The translations under genes were made by a program, and so were the position numbers. Shown here one piece after another: positions 50,263-59,316 of a DNA stretch of 59,316 nucleotides. The stretch covers positions 1,184 to 60,499 of the forward strand of contig JBNJGE010000001.1 in assembly GCA_051747505.1 (NCBI GenBank). Direction: 5' to 3'. Each line of letters opens with the position of its first letter. The first letter of the stretch is position 1. Source of the stretch: Pseudomonadota bacterium (GTDB taxonomy: Bacteria; Pseudomonadota; Alphaproteobacteria; Rhodobacterales; Rhodobacteraceae). Below the pieces are notes generated by a model. It did no database searches and was not told the DNA's origin. It worked only from the letters and a program-made list of their open reading frames with translations.

Positions 50263-51909
50263 ATGCTGCGACACCTCGAGATCCGCGACATCGTCCTGAT
50301 CGAGCGCCTGACGCTCGAGCTCGGCCCCGGTCTCAACGCGCTGACGGGGGAGACAGGGGCCGGCAAGTCCATCCTTCTGGACGCGCTGGGCCTGGCCCTG
50401 GGCGCGCCGGGTCGCGCCGAGCTGCTGCGCGCGGGGGCGGAGCAGGGGGCGGTCACCGCCGCCTTCGACTGCCCGCCCGGCCACCGGGCGCGGGAGGTGC
50501 TGGACGAGGCGGGGCTGGAGATCGACGGCGACGAGTTGATCCTGCGCCGGCGGCTGACGGCGGCCCGCGCCTCCGGCTTCGTCAACGACCAGCGCGCCTC
50601 GGCCGAGATCCTCCGGCGTCTTGGGGAGACCCTGCTGGAGGTCCATGGCCAGCACGACGACCGCGGCCTGATGAACCCCCGCGGCCACCGCGCGATCCTC
50701 GACGCCTTCGCCGGCGCCGACCCCGCGCCAGTCCGCGCCGCCTGGGAGCGCGCCCGCGCCGCCGAGGCGGAGATGGCCGGGGCCCGCGAGGCCGCCGAGG
50801 CCGCCGCCCGCGACGCCGACTTCCTGCGCCACGCCTGCGAGGAGCTCTCCGCGCTCGACCCGCAGCCGGGCGAGGACGAGGCGCTGGATTCCGAGCGGCG
50901 GCTGATCAGGAACGCCGAGCGCATCCGCGAGAACGTCTCTCGCGCCTTCCAGGCCCTCGGCCACGAGGGTGCGGAAGGGCGCATGGCGGACGCCACCCGC
51001 TGGCTGGAAGGAGCTGCCGGCGATGCGGAGGGCCGGCTTGAAGCGCCGCTGGAGGCGCTGGAGCGGGCGCTGACCGAGCTGGGGGAGGCCCAGTCGGGCG
51101 TGGAGGCCGCGCTGGACTCGCTGGCCTTCGACCCGGCGCGGCTGGAGCAGGTGGAGGAGCGCCTCTTCGCCCTGCGCGGGCTGGCGCGCAAGCACCAGGT
51201 GACGACCGACGACCTGCCCGCGCTGGCCGCCGACTTCGCCGGGCGGCTGGAGGCGATCGACACGGCCGAGGAGCGCATCGCGGAGCTGGCGGGCGCCGCC
51301 AGCGAGGCGCGCGCCGCCTACGACTCCGCGGCGGAGGCGCTGTCGAGGATCCGCCGCGAGGCCGCCGCCCGCCTCGATACGGCGGTGATGGCCGAGCTGG
51401 CGCCGCTCAAGCTTGAGCGCGCCGTGTTCGAGACGCAGGTGGCCGAGGCCGACCCCGGCCCCGAGGGTCGCGACCGCGTCGAGTTCCGCGTGGCGACGAA
51501 TCCCGGCGCCGCGCCCGGGCCGCTCATGCGCATCGCCTCGGGCGGGGAGCTCTCGCGCTTCCTGCTGGCCCTGAAGGTCTGCCTCGCGCAGGGGGGCGAG
51601 GAGCCACGCAGCCTGATCTTCGACGAGATCGACCGGGGCGTGGGCGGGGCGACGGCCGCTGCGGTGGGCGGGCGGCTCGCGGCGCTCGCCGATCGGGCGC
51701 AGGTGCTGGTCGTCACGCACTCCCCGCAGGTTGCCGCCCGCGCCGACCGGCATTTCCACATCGAAAAGCGGGTGGAGGCCGGCGCCACGCGCACCGAGGT
51801 CACGCCGCTCTCGCCCGAGGCCCGCGAGGCGGAGATCGCACGGATGCTGGCGGGAGAGACGGTCACCGACGCCGCTCGCGAGGCGGCCCGGGCGCTTCTG
51901 ACCTCATGA
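50263..51909 (+). CDS. recN: DNA repair protein RecN
   Basis: GETGAGKS, ASGGELSR, FDEID, VTHSPQVAA. Confidence 0.96.
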   Translation: MLRHLEIRDIVLIERLTLELGPGLNALTGETGAGKSILLDALGLALGAPGRAELLRAGAEQGAVTAAFDCPPGHRAREVLDEAGLEIDGDELILRRRLTAARASGFVNDQRASAEILRRLGETLLEVHGQHDDRGLMNPRGHRAILDAFAGADPAPVRAAWERARAAEAEMAGAREAAEAAARDADFLRHACEELSALDPQPGEDEALDSERRLIRNAERIRENVSRAFQALGHEGAEGRMADATRWLEGAAGDAEGRLEAPLEALERALTELGEAQSGVEAALDSLAFDPARLEQVEERLFALRGLARKHQVTTDDLPALAADFAGRLEAIDTAEERIAELAGAASEARAAYDSAAEALSRIRREAAARLDTAVMAELAPLKLERAVFETQVAEADPGPEGRDRVEFRVATNPGAAPGPLMRIASGGELSRFLLALKVCLAQGGEEPRSLIFDEIDRGVGGATAAAVGGRLAALADRAQVLVVTHSPQVAARADRHFHIEKRVEAGATRTEVTPLSPEAREAEIARMLAGETVTDAAREAARALLTS

Positions 51910-52200
51910 AACTTCCCGGGGGGCTCCCGCCCGTCGGCGCGCCCTGCCGGGCGCCCCTCCCGTTGGGCCGGGGCGCTCGCGAGACGGGGCTCGCTCGCGC
52001 GGGCCCCCGGCGGGGCGGGCGTCGCGAGGGGCGGCTGGCGGGCGCGTTGTGCTGAGAGGTCCGCCGGAGGCGGACCTGCCCGAGCCTGCGCCGGTCTCCG
52101 GGCGCGTCAAGGCCAAGCCGCGCTATGCGCGGTCCTGCGGAGCCTTGACCCGCCCGGAGCCCGGCTCCCTGTTCCGGCGAAGGAGGCAGGGGGCGGCCCC

Positions 52201-52638
52201 TCAGCCGAAGGTTCCGCCGGTCTCCGCGGGGGCGTGGCGGATGAGGCGGGAGGTCAGGACGGCCGCCTGCCGGTTGACCACCGCCTTCTGGTAGTCAGGA
52301 TCCGTGACCATCTCCAGGAAGGCATGGGCGCTGGGGTAGCGGGCGATGAAGACCTCGTCCCAGCGCTCGTCCTCCGGGCCGGTCAGAACGGCCTGGAAGT
52401 CGCCGCGCCAGACGATCGTCCCGCCCACGCGGCGGAAGATCGGCCCGCTCTCGGCGCCGTAGCGGGCGTAGGCCTGGGCGCCGGTCAGCCCCTCGGCCGC
52501 GTAGGGGTGGCCGTCGGGATAGGCGGCCCTGTCGCGGAAGCGCACGAGGTTGAGCATCTCGATGGGATGGTCGCGCGGCAGGTCCTTGAAGGCCTGGAAC
52601 TGGGCGCGGGTCGGGTCCACGCAGCGCTCGTCGGTCAT
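52201..52638 (-). CDS. DUF1330-like protein
   Basis: MLNLVRFR, AYARYG, WDEVFIARYPS..AF..M...DYQ; GGAGG RBS. Confidence 0.75.
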   Translation of the reverse strand: MTDERCVDPTRAQFQAFKDLPRDHPIEMLNLVRFRDRAAYPDGHPYAAEGLTGAQAYARYGAESGPIFRRVGGTIVWRGDFQAVLTGPEDERWDEVFIARYPSAHAFLEMVTDPDYQKAVVNRQAAVLTSRLIRHAPAETGGTFG

Positions 52639-52661
52639 CTCTCTCCTCCCCTCGCGGCCGG

Positions 52662-54035
52662 TCAGTTGAGGTCGAGCATCTTGCCCGGGTTCAGGATGTC
52701 GAGCGGGTCGAGCGCCCGCTTGACGGCCGCCATCACATGCAGCGCTTCGCCGTGCTCGGCGGCCATGTAGGGCTTCTTGCCCACGCCGATCCCGTGCTCT
52801 CCCGAGACGGTGCCGCCGAGTTCCAGCGCCAGCTCCGCCCACTTGGCCGAGAGGCGCTTGACCTCCGCCAGCTCGCCCTCGTCGCCGGGTGTGAAGAGCA
52901 GGCCGGCGTGGAAGTTGCCGTCCCCGACATGGCCGATCAGGGCGCCGTCCACGCCCGAGGCCTCGATGTCGCGCCGCGCGGTCGTCACCGCCTCCGCCAG
53001 TCGGGAGATCGGCACGCAGACATCGGTGGAGATGCCCTTGCGGCCCGGATGCTTGGCGCGGAAGGCGTAGAAGAAGTTGTGCCGGGCCTTCCAGAGCTTC
53101 CCCCGCTCCTCGGCGTTTGCGGTCCAGCGGAAGCCCTGGCCGCCGTGATCCTCAGCGATCTCGCCGAAGATCTCGGCCTGCTCCTTCACGCCCTCCGGCG
53201 TGCCGTGGAACTCCAGGAAAAGGTGGGGCTTGTCGGCCAGCCCGAGATCCGCCCAGTCGTTGACCGCGCGGATGGAAGCCTCGTCCAGGAATTCGATGCG
53301 CGCCACCGGCACGCCCATCTGGATGGCCTGGATCACCGAATCCACCGCGCCCTCCACCGTGTCGAAGGCGCAGGTGGCGGCCGTGATCCCCTCCGGCACG
53401 CCCCACAGGCGCACCGTCAGCTCCGTGATGATCCCCAGCGTCCCCTCGGAGCCGACCAGCAGCCCCTTCAGGTCGTAGCCCGTCGAGGACTTCCGCGCCC
53501 GGCTGCCGGTGCGAATGATGCGTCCGTCCGCCATCACCGCCTGCAGCGCCATGACGTTGTCGCGCATGGTCCCGTAGCGCACCGCGTTGGTGCCCGAGGC
53601 GCGCGTGGCCGCCATGCCGCCCAGCGTCGCGTTGGCGCCGGGATCGACGGAGAAGAACAGGCCCGTGTCGCGCAGATGCTCGTTCAGCGCCTCGCGCGTC
53701 AGGCCGGGCTGGACCACGGCGTCCATGTCCTCCGGGTGGACTTCCAGCACCCTGTCCATGCGGCTGAGGTCCAGGCTGATGCCGCCGCGCACCGCCAGCG
53801 CGTGCCCCTCCAGCGAGGTGCCCACGCCCCAGGGCGTGATCGGGCAGCCCTCCGCCGCGCAGACCTTCACGATCTCGGAGACCTCCTCGGTCGTCTCCGG
53901 GAAGGCCACCGCGTCGGGCAGGGCGTCGGGGTGCCAGCTCTCGTCGTGGCCGTGATGCTCTCGGATGATCTCGGCGGTGCTCAGCCGGTCGCCCAGCAGG
54001 CCCTGAAGGGCCGTGATCGCGGTCTGAATGGTCAT
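52662..54035 (-). CDS. FAD-linked oxidase, D-lactate dehydrogenase/GlcD-like
   Basis: GTSLEGH, VDPGA.ATLGGM, GSEGTLG, HVGDGNFH, GEHGIG. Confidence 0.9.
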   Translation of the reverse strand: MTIQTAITALQGLLGDRLSTAEIIREHHGHDESWHPDALPDAVAFPETTEEVSEIVKVCAAEGCPITPWGVGTSLEGHALAVRGGISLDLSRMDRVLEVHPEDMDAVVQPGLTREALNEHLRDTGLFFSVDPGANATLGGMAATRASGTNAVRYGTMRDNVMALQAVMADGRIIRTGSRARKSSTGYDLKGLLVGSEGTLGIITELTVRLWGVPEGITAATCAFDTVEGAVDSVIQAIQMGVPVARIEFLDEASIRAVNDWADLGLADKPHLFLEFHGTPEGVKEQAEIFGEIAEDHGGQGFRWTANAEERGKLWKARHNFFYAFRAKHPGRKGISTDVCVPISRLAEAVTTARRDIEASGVDGALIGHVGDGNFHAGLLFTPGDEGELAEVKRLSAKWAELALELGGTVSGEHGIGVGKKPYMAAEHGEALHVMAAVKRALDPLDILNPGKMLDLN

Positions 54036-54161
54036 CTGTCTCCTCCCGGGCCGGGACGATAACGCCGGCGCCGGGGCGAGGAAAGCCGCCCCCGTCTCGA
54101 CGCCGCCGCGCGCATGGCCCATAAAGTCGCGGCCCGAGAAACCGACACGGAGGAGACGCCG

Positions 54162-54683
54162 ATGCCCGTTCCCGCTCCCGACGACCCGATCCCGAGCTTC
54201 GAGGCGAAGCCGCTGATCACGCCGGAGATGACCGTGCCGCCGGAGTGGATCGACTACAACGGGCACATGAACGTCGCCTACTACACCATGGCCTTCGACA
54301 AGAGCTCCGACCGGATCTTCGACGAGGTGCTGGGCGTGGGCGAGGAATACGCCGCGAAGCTGCGCATGGGCCCCTACGTCATCCAGCAGTGCCTGCACTA
54401 TGTCGGCGAGCTGCTGGAGGGCGAGCGTTTCTTCTGCGAGTATCAGCTGATCGACTGCGACCCCAAGAAGATGCACTTCTACGGGGAGATGAAGAAAGCT
54501 TCGGACGGCTCGCTCTGCGCCATCTCCGAGACGCTCACCGTCAACGTGGACCTGGAGAAGCGCCGCTCCGCCCCCTACCCGGACTGGGCCTGGGCGCGCA
54601 TCGAGGCGCTGCACGCCGCCCATTCGCGGATGCCCCGGCCCGAGCGGGTCGGCGCCTCCGTCGGCATCCGCCGGAAGAGCTGA
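54162..54683 (+). CDS. Hot-dog acyl-CoA thioesterase (4HBT-like)
   Basis: WIDYNGHMNVAYY; GGAGGAG RBS. Confidence 0.85.
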   Translation: MPVPAPDDPIPSFEAKPLITPEMTVPPEWIDYNGHMNVAYYTMAFDKSSDRIFDEVLGVGEEYAAKLRMGPYVIQQCLHYVGELLEGERFFCEYQLIDCDPKKMHFYGEMKKASDGSLCAISETLTVNVDLEKRRSAPYPDWAWARIEALHAAHSRMPRPERVGASVGIRRKS

Positions 54684-54757
54684 ATGCGCGGCGCGCGCCG
54701 GCGCGGGCCGCCCCGGCGGCCGGCTCCGGGCGCGCGGCGGGGAAGGAGGCCTGCGCG

Positions 54758-56458
54758 ATGCCCGGACGGGGCCGCATCTCCGGACGTCTGAGGGCGGCGC
54801 CCCGCCTTGCCCTGCGGGAGGTGAGGGGCAGCCTGCGCCGGGGCAGGGTCACTCTGCTCCGGCACGGGCCGACCCAGCTCCAGTTCTGGTTCATGGCCCT
54901 GTTTCTGGGCATCGCGGCGGGCTACGCGGCGATCGCCTTCCGCCTGTCGATCTCCACGCTCCAGACCTGGATCTACGGGGCCGACGACGAGCGGCTGCAC
55001 TCCATGCTCACGGGGCTCGACCCGCTGGTCGTCGTCAGCGTGCCGATCCTGGGCGGCCTCGCCGTGGGGCTGATCCTGTGGGTCTTCACCCCGGACGGGC
55101 GCGCGGGCACGGTCACGCACGTGATCGAGGCCGCGACCCTGCGCAACGGGCGCGTGCCGGGGCGCCACGCCGCCGCCTCGGCGGTCGCGTCGCTCATCAC
55201 GCTGTCCACCGGCGGCTCCTCGGGGCGGGAGGGGCCGGTGGTGCACATGGCCGCCGGGCTCTCGTCCTGGGTCTCGAACCGCATCGAGGCCTCGCCCATG
55301 ACCGCGCGCGACCTGATGGGCTGCGCGGTCGCGGCCGCGGTTTCGGCCAGCTTCAACGCTCCGATCGCGGGGGCCGTCTTCGCCCTGGAGGTCGTGCTGC
55401 GCCATTTCGCCCTGCACGCCTTCGCCCCCATCGTGATCGCCTCGATCGCGGGCACGGTCGTCTCGCGCCTTCACATGGGCGACGTGACCGAGTTCCGCCT
55501 GACCGAGCCCTCCCTCGCCTTCTACCAGGAGCTTCCCGCCTTCCTGCTGCTGGGCGTGGTCTGCGGGCTGGTGGCCGTGGCGGCGATGCGCGCGATCTTT
55601 CTGGCCGAGCGGACGGGCGACCGGCTCCAGGCCCGGCTGAGCGTTCCCGGCTGGCTCCGCCCCGCCGTCGCGGGGGCCGTCCTCGGCGTCATCGCCCTGC
55701 AGTTTCCCCACATCATCGGCGTGGGCTACGAGACCACGACCCGCGCCCTGACCGGCGATCTCGTCCTGGAGACCGCGATCCTCTTCGCCGTGGTCAAGGC
55801 CGCGGCCGTGGCCGTCACCTTCGGCGGGCGGATGGGCGGGGGCGTGTTCTCGCCCTCGCTGATGCTGGGCGCGCTCACGGGGCTGGCCTTCGGTCATGTC
55901 GCCGTGGCCGCCTTCCCGACCGTCTCGGGGTCGGAGACGCTCTACGCGCTGGCGGGCATGGGGGCGGTCGCCGCGGCGGTGCTGGGGGCGCCGCTCTCCA
56001 CCGGCCTGATCGTGTTCGAGCTGACCGGGGACTGGCACACCGGCCTCGCGGTGCTCGCGTCCGTGTCGCTGGCGACCTTCGTGGCCGCCCGCTTCGTGGA
56101 CAAGAGCTTCTTTCTCACGCAGCTCGAGATGGACAACGTCCATATCGCCGGAGGGCCGCAGAGCTGGATTCCGGCCACGATTTCGGTGCGCGACGTGATG
56201 CGCCCGCGCGGGGCCGACAACGGGGCCTCGGACAGCGCCTGCTGGTCGCTGATCGATCAGGGCGCCTATCTGCGCCGGGACGCCACGCTGGAGACGGCGC
56301 TGCCGCTGTTCGAGCGGTCCGGGGACCGGGCGATGATCCCCGTGGTGGACGAACGTCCCGACGCCGCGCCCGAACTCGTCGGCGCCCTCTTTCACATCGA
56401 CGCGTTGCGGGCCTTCAATCGCGCCCTGATCGAAACGCACCGCGAGGAGCATTCCTGA
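54758..56458 (+). CDS. CLC chloride channel/transporter family protein
   Basis: GREGP, FNAPIAG, GGVFSPSL; C-terminal CBS-like region. Confidence 0.9.
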   Translation: MPGRGRISGRLRAAPRLALREVRGSLRRGRVTLLRHGPTQLQFWFMALFLGIAAGYAAIAFRLSISTLQTWIYGADDERLHSMLTGLDPLVVVSVPILGGLAVGLILWVFTPDGRAGTVTHVIEAATLRNGRVPGRHAAASAVASLITLSTGGSSGREGPVVHMAAGLSSWVSNRIEASPMTARDLMGCAVAAAVSASFNAPIAGAVFALEVVLRHFALHAFAPIVIASIAGTVVSRLHMGDVTEFRLTEPSLAFYQELPAFLLLGVVCGLVAVAAMRAIFLAERTGDRLQARLSVPGWLRPAVAGAVLGVIALQFPHIIGVGYETTTRALTGDLVLETAILFAVVKAAAVAVTFGGRMGGGVFSPSLMLGALTGLAFGHVAVAAFPTVSGSETLYALAGMGAVAAAVLGAPLSTGLIVFELTGDWHTGLAVLASVSLATFVAARFVDKSFFLTQLEMDNVHIAGGPQSWIPATISVRDVMRPRGADNGASDSACWSLIDQGAYLRRDATLETALPLFERSGDRAMIPVVDERPDAAPELVGALFHIDALRAFNRALIETHREEHS

Positions 56459-56497
56459 GCACGACCCCGCGAAGGCGCCGGCCGCGCCGGGCGGGGC

Positions 56498-56851
56498 TCA
56501 GAGCCGCTCCACCGCCACCCGCTCCGTGTCGAAGGCCACGTGGTCGCGCAGCGCCTCGGCCCCCGGCGCGGGCGTCTCGATGGCCCAGGCGGCGCCCTCG
56601 ATCGGGCCGCTCTTGGCCATGATGTCGTAGCGCCGCGCCCGGCCGAGGCCGGGGATGTCCTCGGTCCGGTCGGTGGCCTCGAGAAACAGCTCCCCCGCCT
56701 CGGCCATCGGGAAATAGACCTCCCGCGCCTCAGCGTCCGGAATCAGGACCTCCAGCGCGTTGGGGCTCTCGGCCAGCACGGCGCCGCCGGCGCGCACCAC
56801 GCGCATTCCGGCGGCGGGGCGGATCTCGGGCCGCGGATGGGCGTCGGTCAT
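56498..56851 (-). CDS. DUF427 family protein
   Basis: VRAGGAVLAES, YFP, G.ARRY, AAW, HVAF; ATGA overlap with aminopeptidase stop. Confidence 0.72.
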   Translation of the reverse strand: MTDAHPRPEIRPAAGMRVVRAGGAVLAESPNALEVLIPDAEAREVYFPMAEAGELFLEATDRTEDIPGLGRARRYDIMAKSGPIEGAAWAIETPAPGAEALRDHVAFDTERVAVERL

Positions 56852-58686
56852 CTGGGAGTCCTCTCCTCTGGGGCCTTGGCCAGCGGCGCGCAGGCCGCCT
56901 CCAGCCAGGCGCGGTCGGCGGGGTCGGGCAGGAGGGGCGAAAGCTCCGCCGCCACCCGCGCGTGGTAGGCGTCGAGCCAGGCGCGCTCCTCCCCGTCCAG
57001 CAGCCCGGGCCGGATCAGCCGGCGGTCGATGGGGGCGAGGGTCAGCGTCTCGAAACCCAGCATCTCCCGCTCCCCGCCCGGCGGAATCTCCGCCGGGGTC
57101 ACGGCCAGCAGGTTCTCGATCCGGATGCCCCACGCGCCCTCGCGGTAGCAGCCCGGCTCGTCCGACAGGATCATGCCCGGCTCCAGCGGCACGGCATTGC
57201 GGCGCGACAGCGCCACGGGCCCTTCATGCACGCTCAGATAGCTGCCCACCCCGTGCCCCGTGCCGTGGTCGTAGTCCAGCCCCGCGCGCCAGAGCGCCGC
57301 GCGCGCCAGCGCGTCCAGGTCCCGCCCCGACAGCCCCCTGGGCCAGCGGGCGCGGGCGATGGCGATCATGCCCTTGAGCACAAGCGTGAAGACTCTCGCG
57401 GCCTCCTCCGGCGCGGGGCCGGTGGCCACGGTGCGGGTGATGTCGGTGGTCCCGTCCGGATACTGCCCGCCCGAGTCGACCAGCACGAGGTCGCCGGGCG
57501 CGATCCGCCGGTCGGTCTCCCGCGTGACCCGGTAATGGACGATCGCCCCGTGCGGGCCCGCCCCGCAGATCGTGTCGAAGGAGATGTCGCGCAGCTCCCC
57601 GGTCTCGCGCCGGAAGCCCTCCAGCGCCTGCACGGCGTCGATCTCGCTCAGCCCGCCCCGGGGCGCGGTCTCCTCCAGCCAGCGCAGGAAGCGGACCATC
57701 GCCGCCCCGTCCCGGCGATGGGCGGCGCGGGCGCCCTCCAGCTCGGCCCCGGTCTTGCGCGCCTTGGGCAGCACGCAGGGGTCGCGCCCCCAGGCGATCT
57801 CCGCCCCCGCCGCCTCCAGCCGCTGCGCGACCCAGAGCGGCGCGGTCCCCTCGTCCAGCAGCACGCGCCGGCTCCCCAGCGCGTCGAGCGCGGGGGCGAA
57901 GGCCTCCGGAGGCGCGGCCTCCACCTCCGCGCCCAGATGGGCCCGGGCGTCCTCGTCCAGCTTCTCGGGCGCGATGAACAGCGCCGCGCGCCCGTCGTCA
58001 TGCAGGATGCCGAAGGCGTGCGGGGCGGGCAGGCGGGGCACGTCCGCGCCCCGGATGTTGAGCAGCCAGGCCAGGCTGTCGGGCAGCGTGATCACGGCCG
58101 CGGCCTGCCCGGCCTCCCGCAGTCCGGCGGCCAGCCGCCGGCGCTTGGACCGGGAGCTCTCCCCGGCCAGCGCCTCGGGATGGGGCGAGACGGGCCCGCG
58201 CGGCGGCCCGGGCTGGTCGGACCATACCCGGTCCACGAGGTTGGGCACGGGGACCAGCTCCGCCCCCGCCCCCTCCGCCGCCTCGCGCAGCGGGCGCAGC
58301 GAGTCGCGCGAGTGCAGCCAGGGGTCGTAGCCGATCCGGTCGCCCTGCGAGACGGCCCCGGCCAGCCAGTCCTTCGGCGGCGTCTTCTCGCTCTGCAGCA
58401 GCTCGAAGGCGGATTCGTCCACCTGCTCGCGCACCTGCAGGACGTAGCGCCCGTCCACGAACACCGCCGCCCGCTCCGCCAGCGCGACGCACAGGCCGGC
58501 CGAGCCGGTGAAGCCCGTCAGCCAGGCCAGCCGCTGGTCGCGCGGGGCCACGGTCTCGCCCATATGGGCGTCGGCGCGCGGCACGAGGAAGCCCTGCACT
58601 CCCTCCCACGCCATCGCCTCGCGCAGCGCCTGCAAGCGGGCGGGGCCCGCGGCGCGGTCGCCCTGGGTGTCGAAACTCTGGAACAT
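56848..58686 (-). CDS. Aminopeptidase P family (M24B) protein
   Basis: DSGGQYPDGTTDITRT, HGTGHGVG..L.VHEGP, EPG.Y, GIRIEN. Confidence 0.93.
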   Translation of the reverse strand: MFQSFDTQGDRAAGPARLQALREAMAWEGVQGFLVPRADAHMGETVAPRDQRLAWLTGFTGSAGLCVALAERAAVFVDGRYVLQVREQVDESAFELLQSEKTPPKDWLAGAVSQGDRIGYDPWLHSRDSLRPLREAAEGAGAELVPVPNLVDRVWSDQPGPPRGPVSPHPEALAGESSRSKRRRLAAGLREAGQAAAVITLPDSLAWLLNIRGADVPRLPAPHAFGILHDDGRAALFIAPEKLDEDARAHLGAEVEAAPPEAFAPALDALGSRRVLLDEGTAPLWVAQRLEAAGAEIAWGRDPCVLPKARKTGAELEGARAAHRRDGAAMVRFLRWLEETAPRGGLSEIDAVQALEGFRRETGELRDISFDTICGAGPHGAIVHYRVTRETDRRIAPGDLVLVDSGGQYPDGTTDITRTVATGPAPEEAARVFTLVLKGMIAIARARWPRGLSGRDLDALARAALWRAGLDYDHGTGHGVGSYLSVHEGPVALSRRNAVPLEPGMILSDEPGCYREGAWGIRIENLLAVTPAEIPPGGEREMLGFETLTLAPIDRRLIRPGLLDGEERAWLDAYHARVAAELSPLLPDPADRAWLEAACAPLAKAPEERTPR

Positions 58687-58749
58687 GGCCCCTCGTCGAT
58701 CTCGCGGCGGGAAGCTAGGGCGAAAGCCGGCGGGAGGGAAGCCTCGCGC

Positions 58750-59253
58750 TCATTCGACCGGCCAGCGCAGCAGCTCGCGCCGGGCGAGCGCGAAGGCGAC
58801 CGGCGGCCACCCCGCCATGACGGTCAGCCGCGCGCCGTCCTCGCGCTCCAGATAGGCCCGCTCGCGGAAGCGCCCGCGCGAGAGCCCGTCGGCGAGGCGC
58901 CGGCCGCGCCAGACCTGTCCGTCCATGCTGAGCCGCGCCTCGCCGTCGGCGCCGATGCGCAGCTCCGCCGGGTCCGGGCCGGGGACGGGGCTCAGAAGCA
59001 GCCGGCGGCCGCCCTGCGGGGCCGTGTCCTCCCGCGCGGTGGCGTCCAGATCCAGGTCGAGATCGGCCGAGATCAGCCGTGCGGAGACGCCGGTGGCGTA
59101 GGCGAAGTCCTCCGCCTCGCCCAGAAGCGCGTCGCCCGCCGCGATCACCCGGCAGCCGCAGTCCGGGGCCGCCCCGCCCGAGGCGCGAAGCTGCGCGAAG
59201 CAGGCGCGAAGGGCGCCCCGGGCGGCCCCGGCCAGATCCTCGCCCCGCGCCCA
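58750..59253 (-). CDS. Hypothetical protein, 5' end truncated at the window end / fold-back junction
   Basis: Frame stays open upstream of the 59148 GTG (...RACFAQLRASGGAAPDCGCRVIAAG...); 59253 marks the junction, not a start codon. Confidence 0.55.
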   Translation of the reverse strand, partial: WARGEDLAGAARGALRACFAQLRASGGAAPDCGCRVIAAGDALLGEAEDFAYATGVSARLISADLDLDLDATAREDTAPQGGRRLLLSPVPGPDPAELRIGADGEARLSMDGQVWRGRRLADGLSRGRFRERAYLEREDGARLTVMAGWPPVAFALARRELLRWPVE

Positions 59254-59316
59254 GGCCCGGACCCGACGGAGCTGCGCATCGGCGCCGACGGCGAGGCGCG
59301 GCTCAGCATGGACGGA
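59254..59316. repeat. Inverted copy of 58918-58980 (62/63 identical) running to the last base
   Basis: Manual reverse-complement comparison. Confidence 0.9.

Noticed and set aside
48267-51278. 1003-aa minus-strand ORF and similar long antisense ORFs across dcw
   Set aside because: Shadows of lpxC, bamD, recN and mur/fts genes caused by stop-codon scarcity
51910-52200. Spacer between convergent recN and DUF1330 as a hidden gene or sRNA
   Set aside because: Only short low-complexity ORFs and imperfect GC stems; no RBS, promoter or terminator support

Overview
Very GC-rich (by eye >70%) core-chromosome segment, probably a whole contig, from an alphaproteobacterium. Gene content and order point to Rhodobacterales (inference). 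The left half is housekeeping: PaaK-like ligase, C-minus rpmJ (missing from the ORF track), a polar amino-acid ABC transporter with no ATPase gene, sigma54/NtrC-driven glnK-amtB, PBP1A, phaZ, TIGR02300, tRNA-Ala(GGC), gatCA, tadA, an RluB-like synthase, an AmpD-type amidase and rnpB. The right half is a full dcw cluster (mraZ to ftsZ), then lpxC-bamD-recN and a CLC/DUF427/aminopeptidase P block. I found no phage, IS, integrase, CRISPR or defence system, and the many long antisense ORFs are high-GC shadows. The best leads are regulatory or architectural, mostly in dcw: (1) an ~180-nt mraZ leader ending in a terminator-like hairpin (UpsM-like), with a phased MraZ-type operator over its promoter; (2) an APC amino-acid permease inserted between murC and murB and coupled to murB; (3) a 20-bp perfect hairpin over the murG start region; (4) a 15-codon mini-ORF bridging ddl and ftsQ; (5) several unexplained operator-like repeat arrays, including an AT-rich island upstream of DUF3422. 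The last ~60 nt are an inverted copy of 58918-58980, most likely an assembly fold-back. All calls come from reading motifs by eye; no searches were run.
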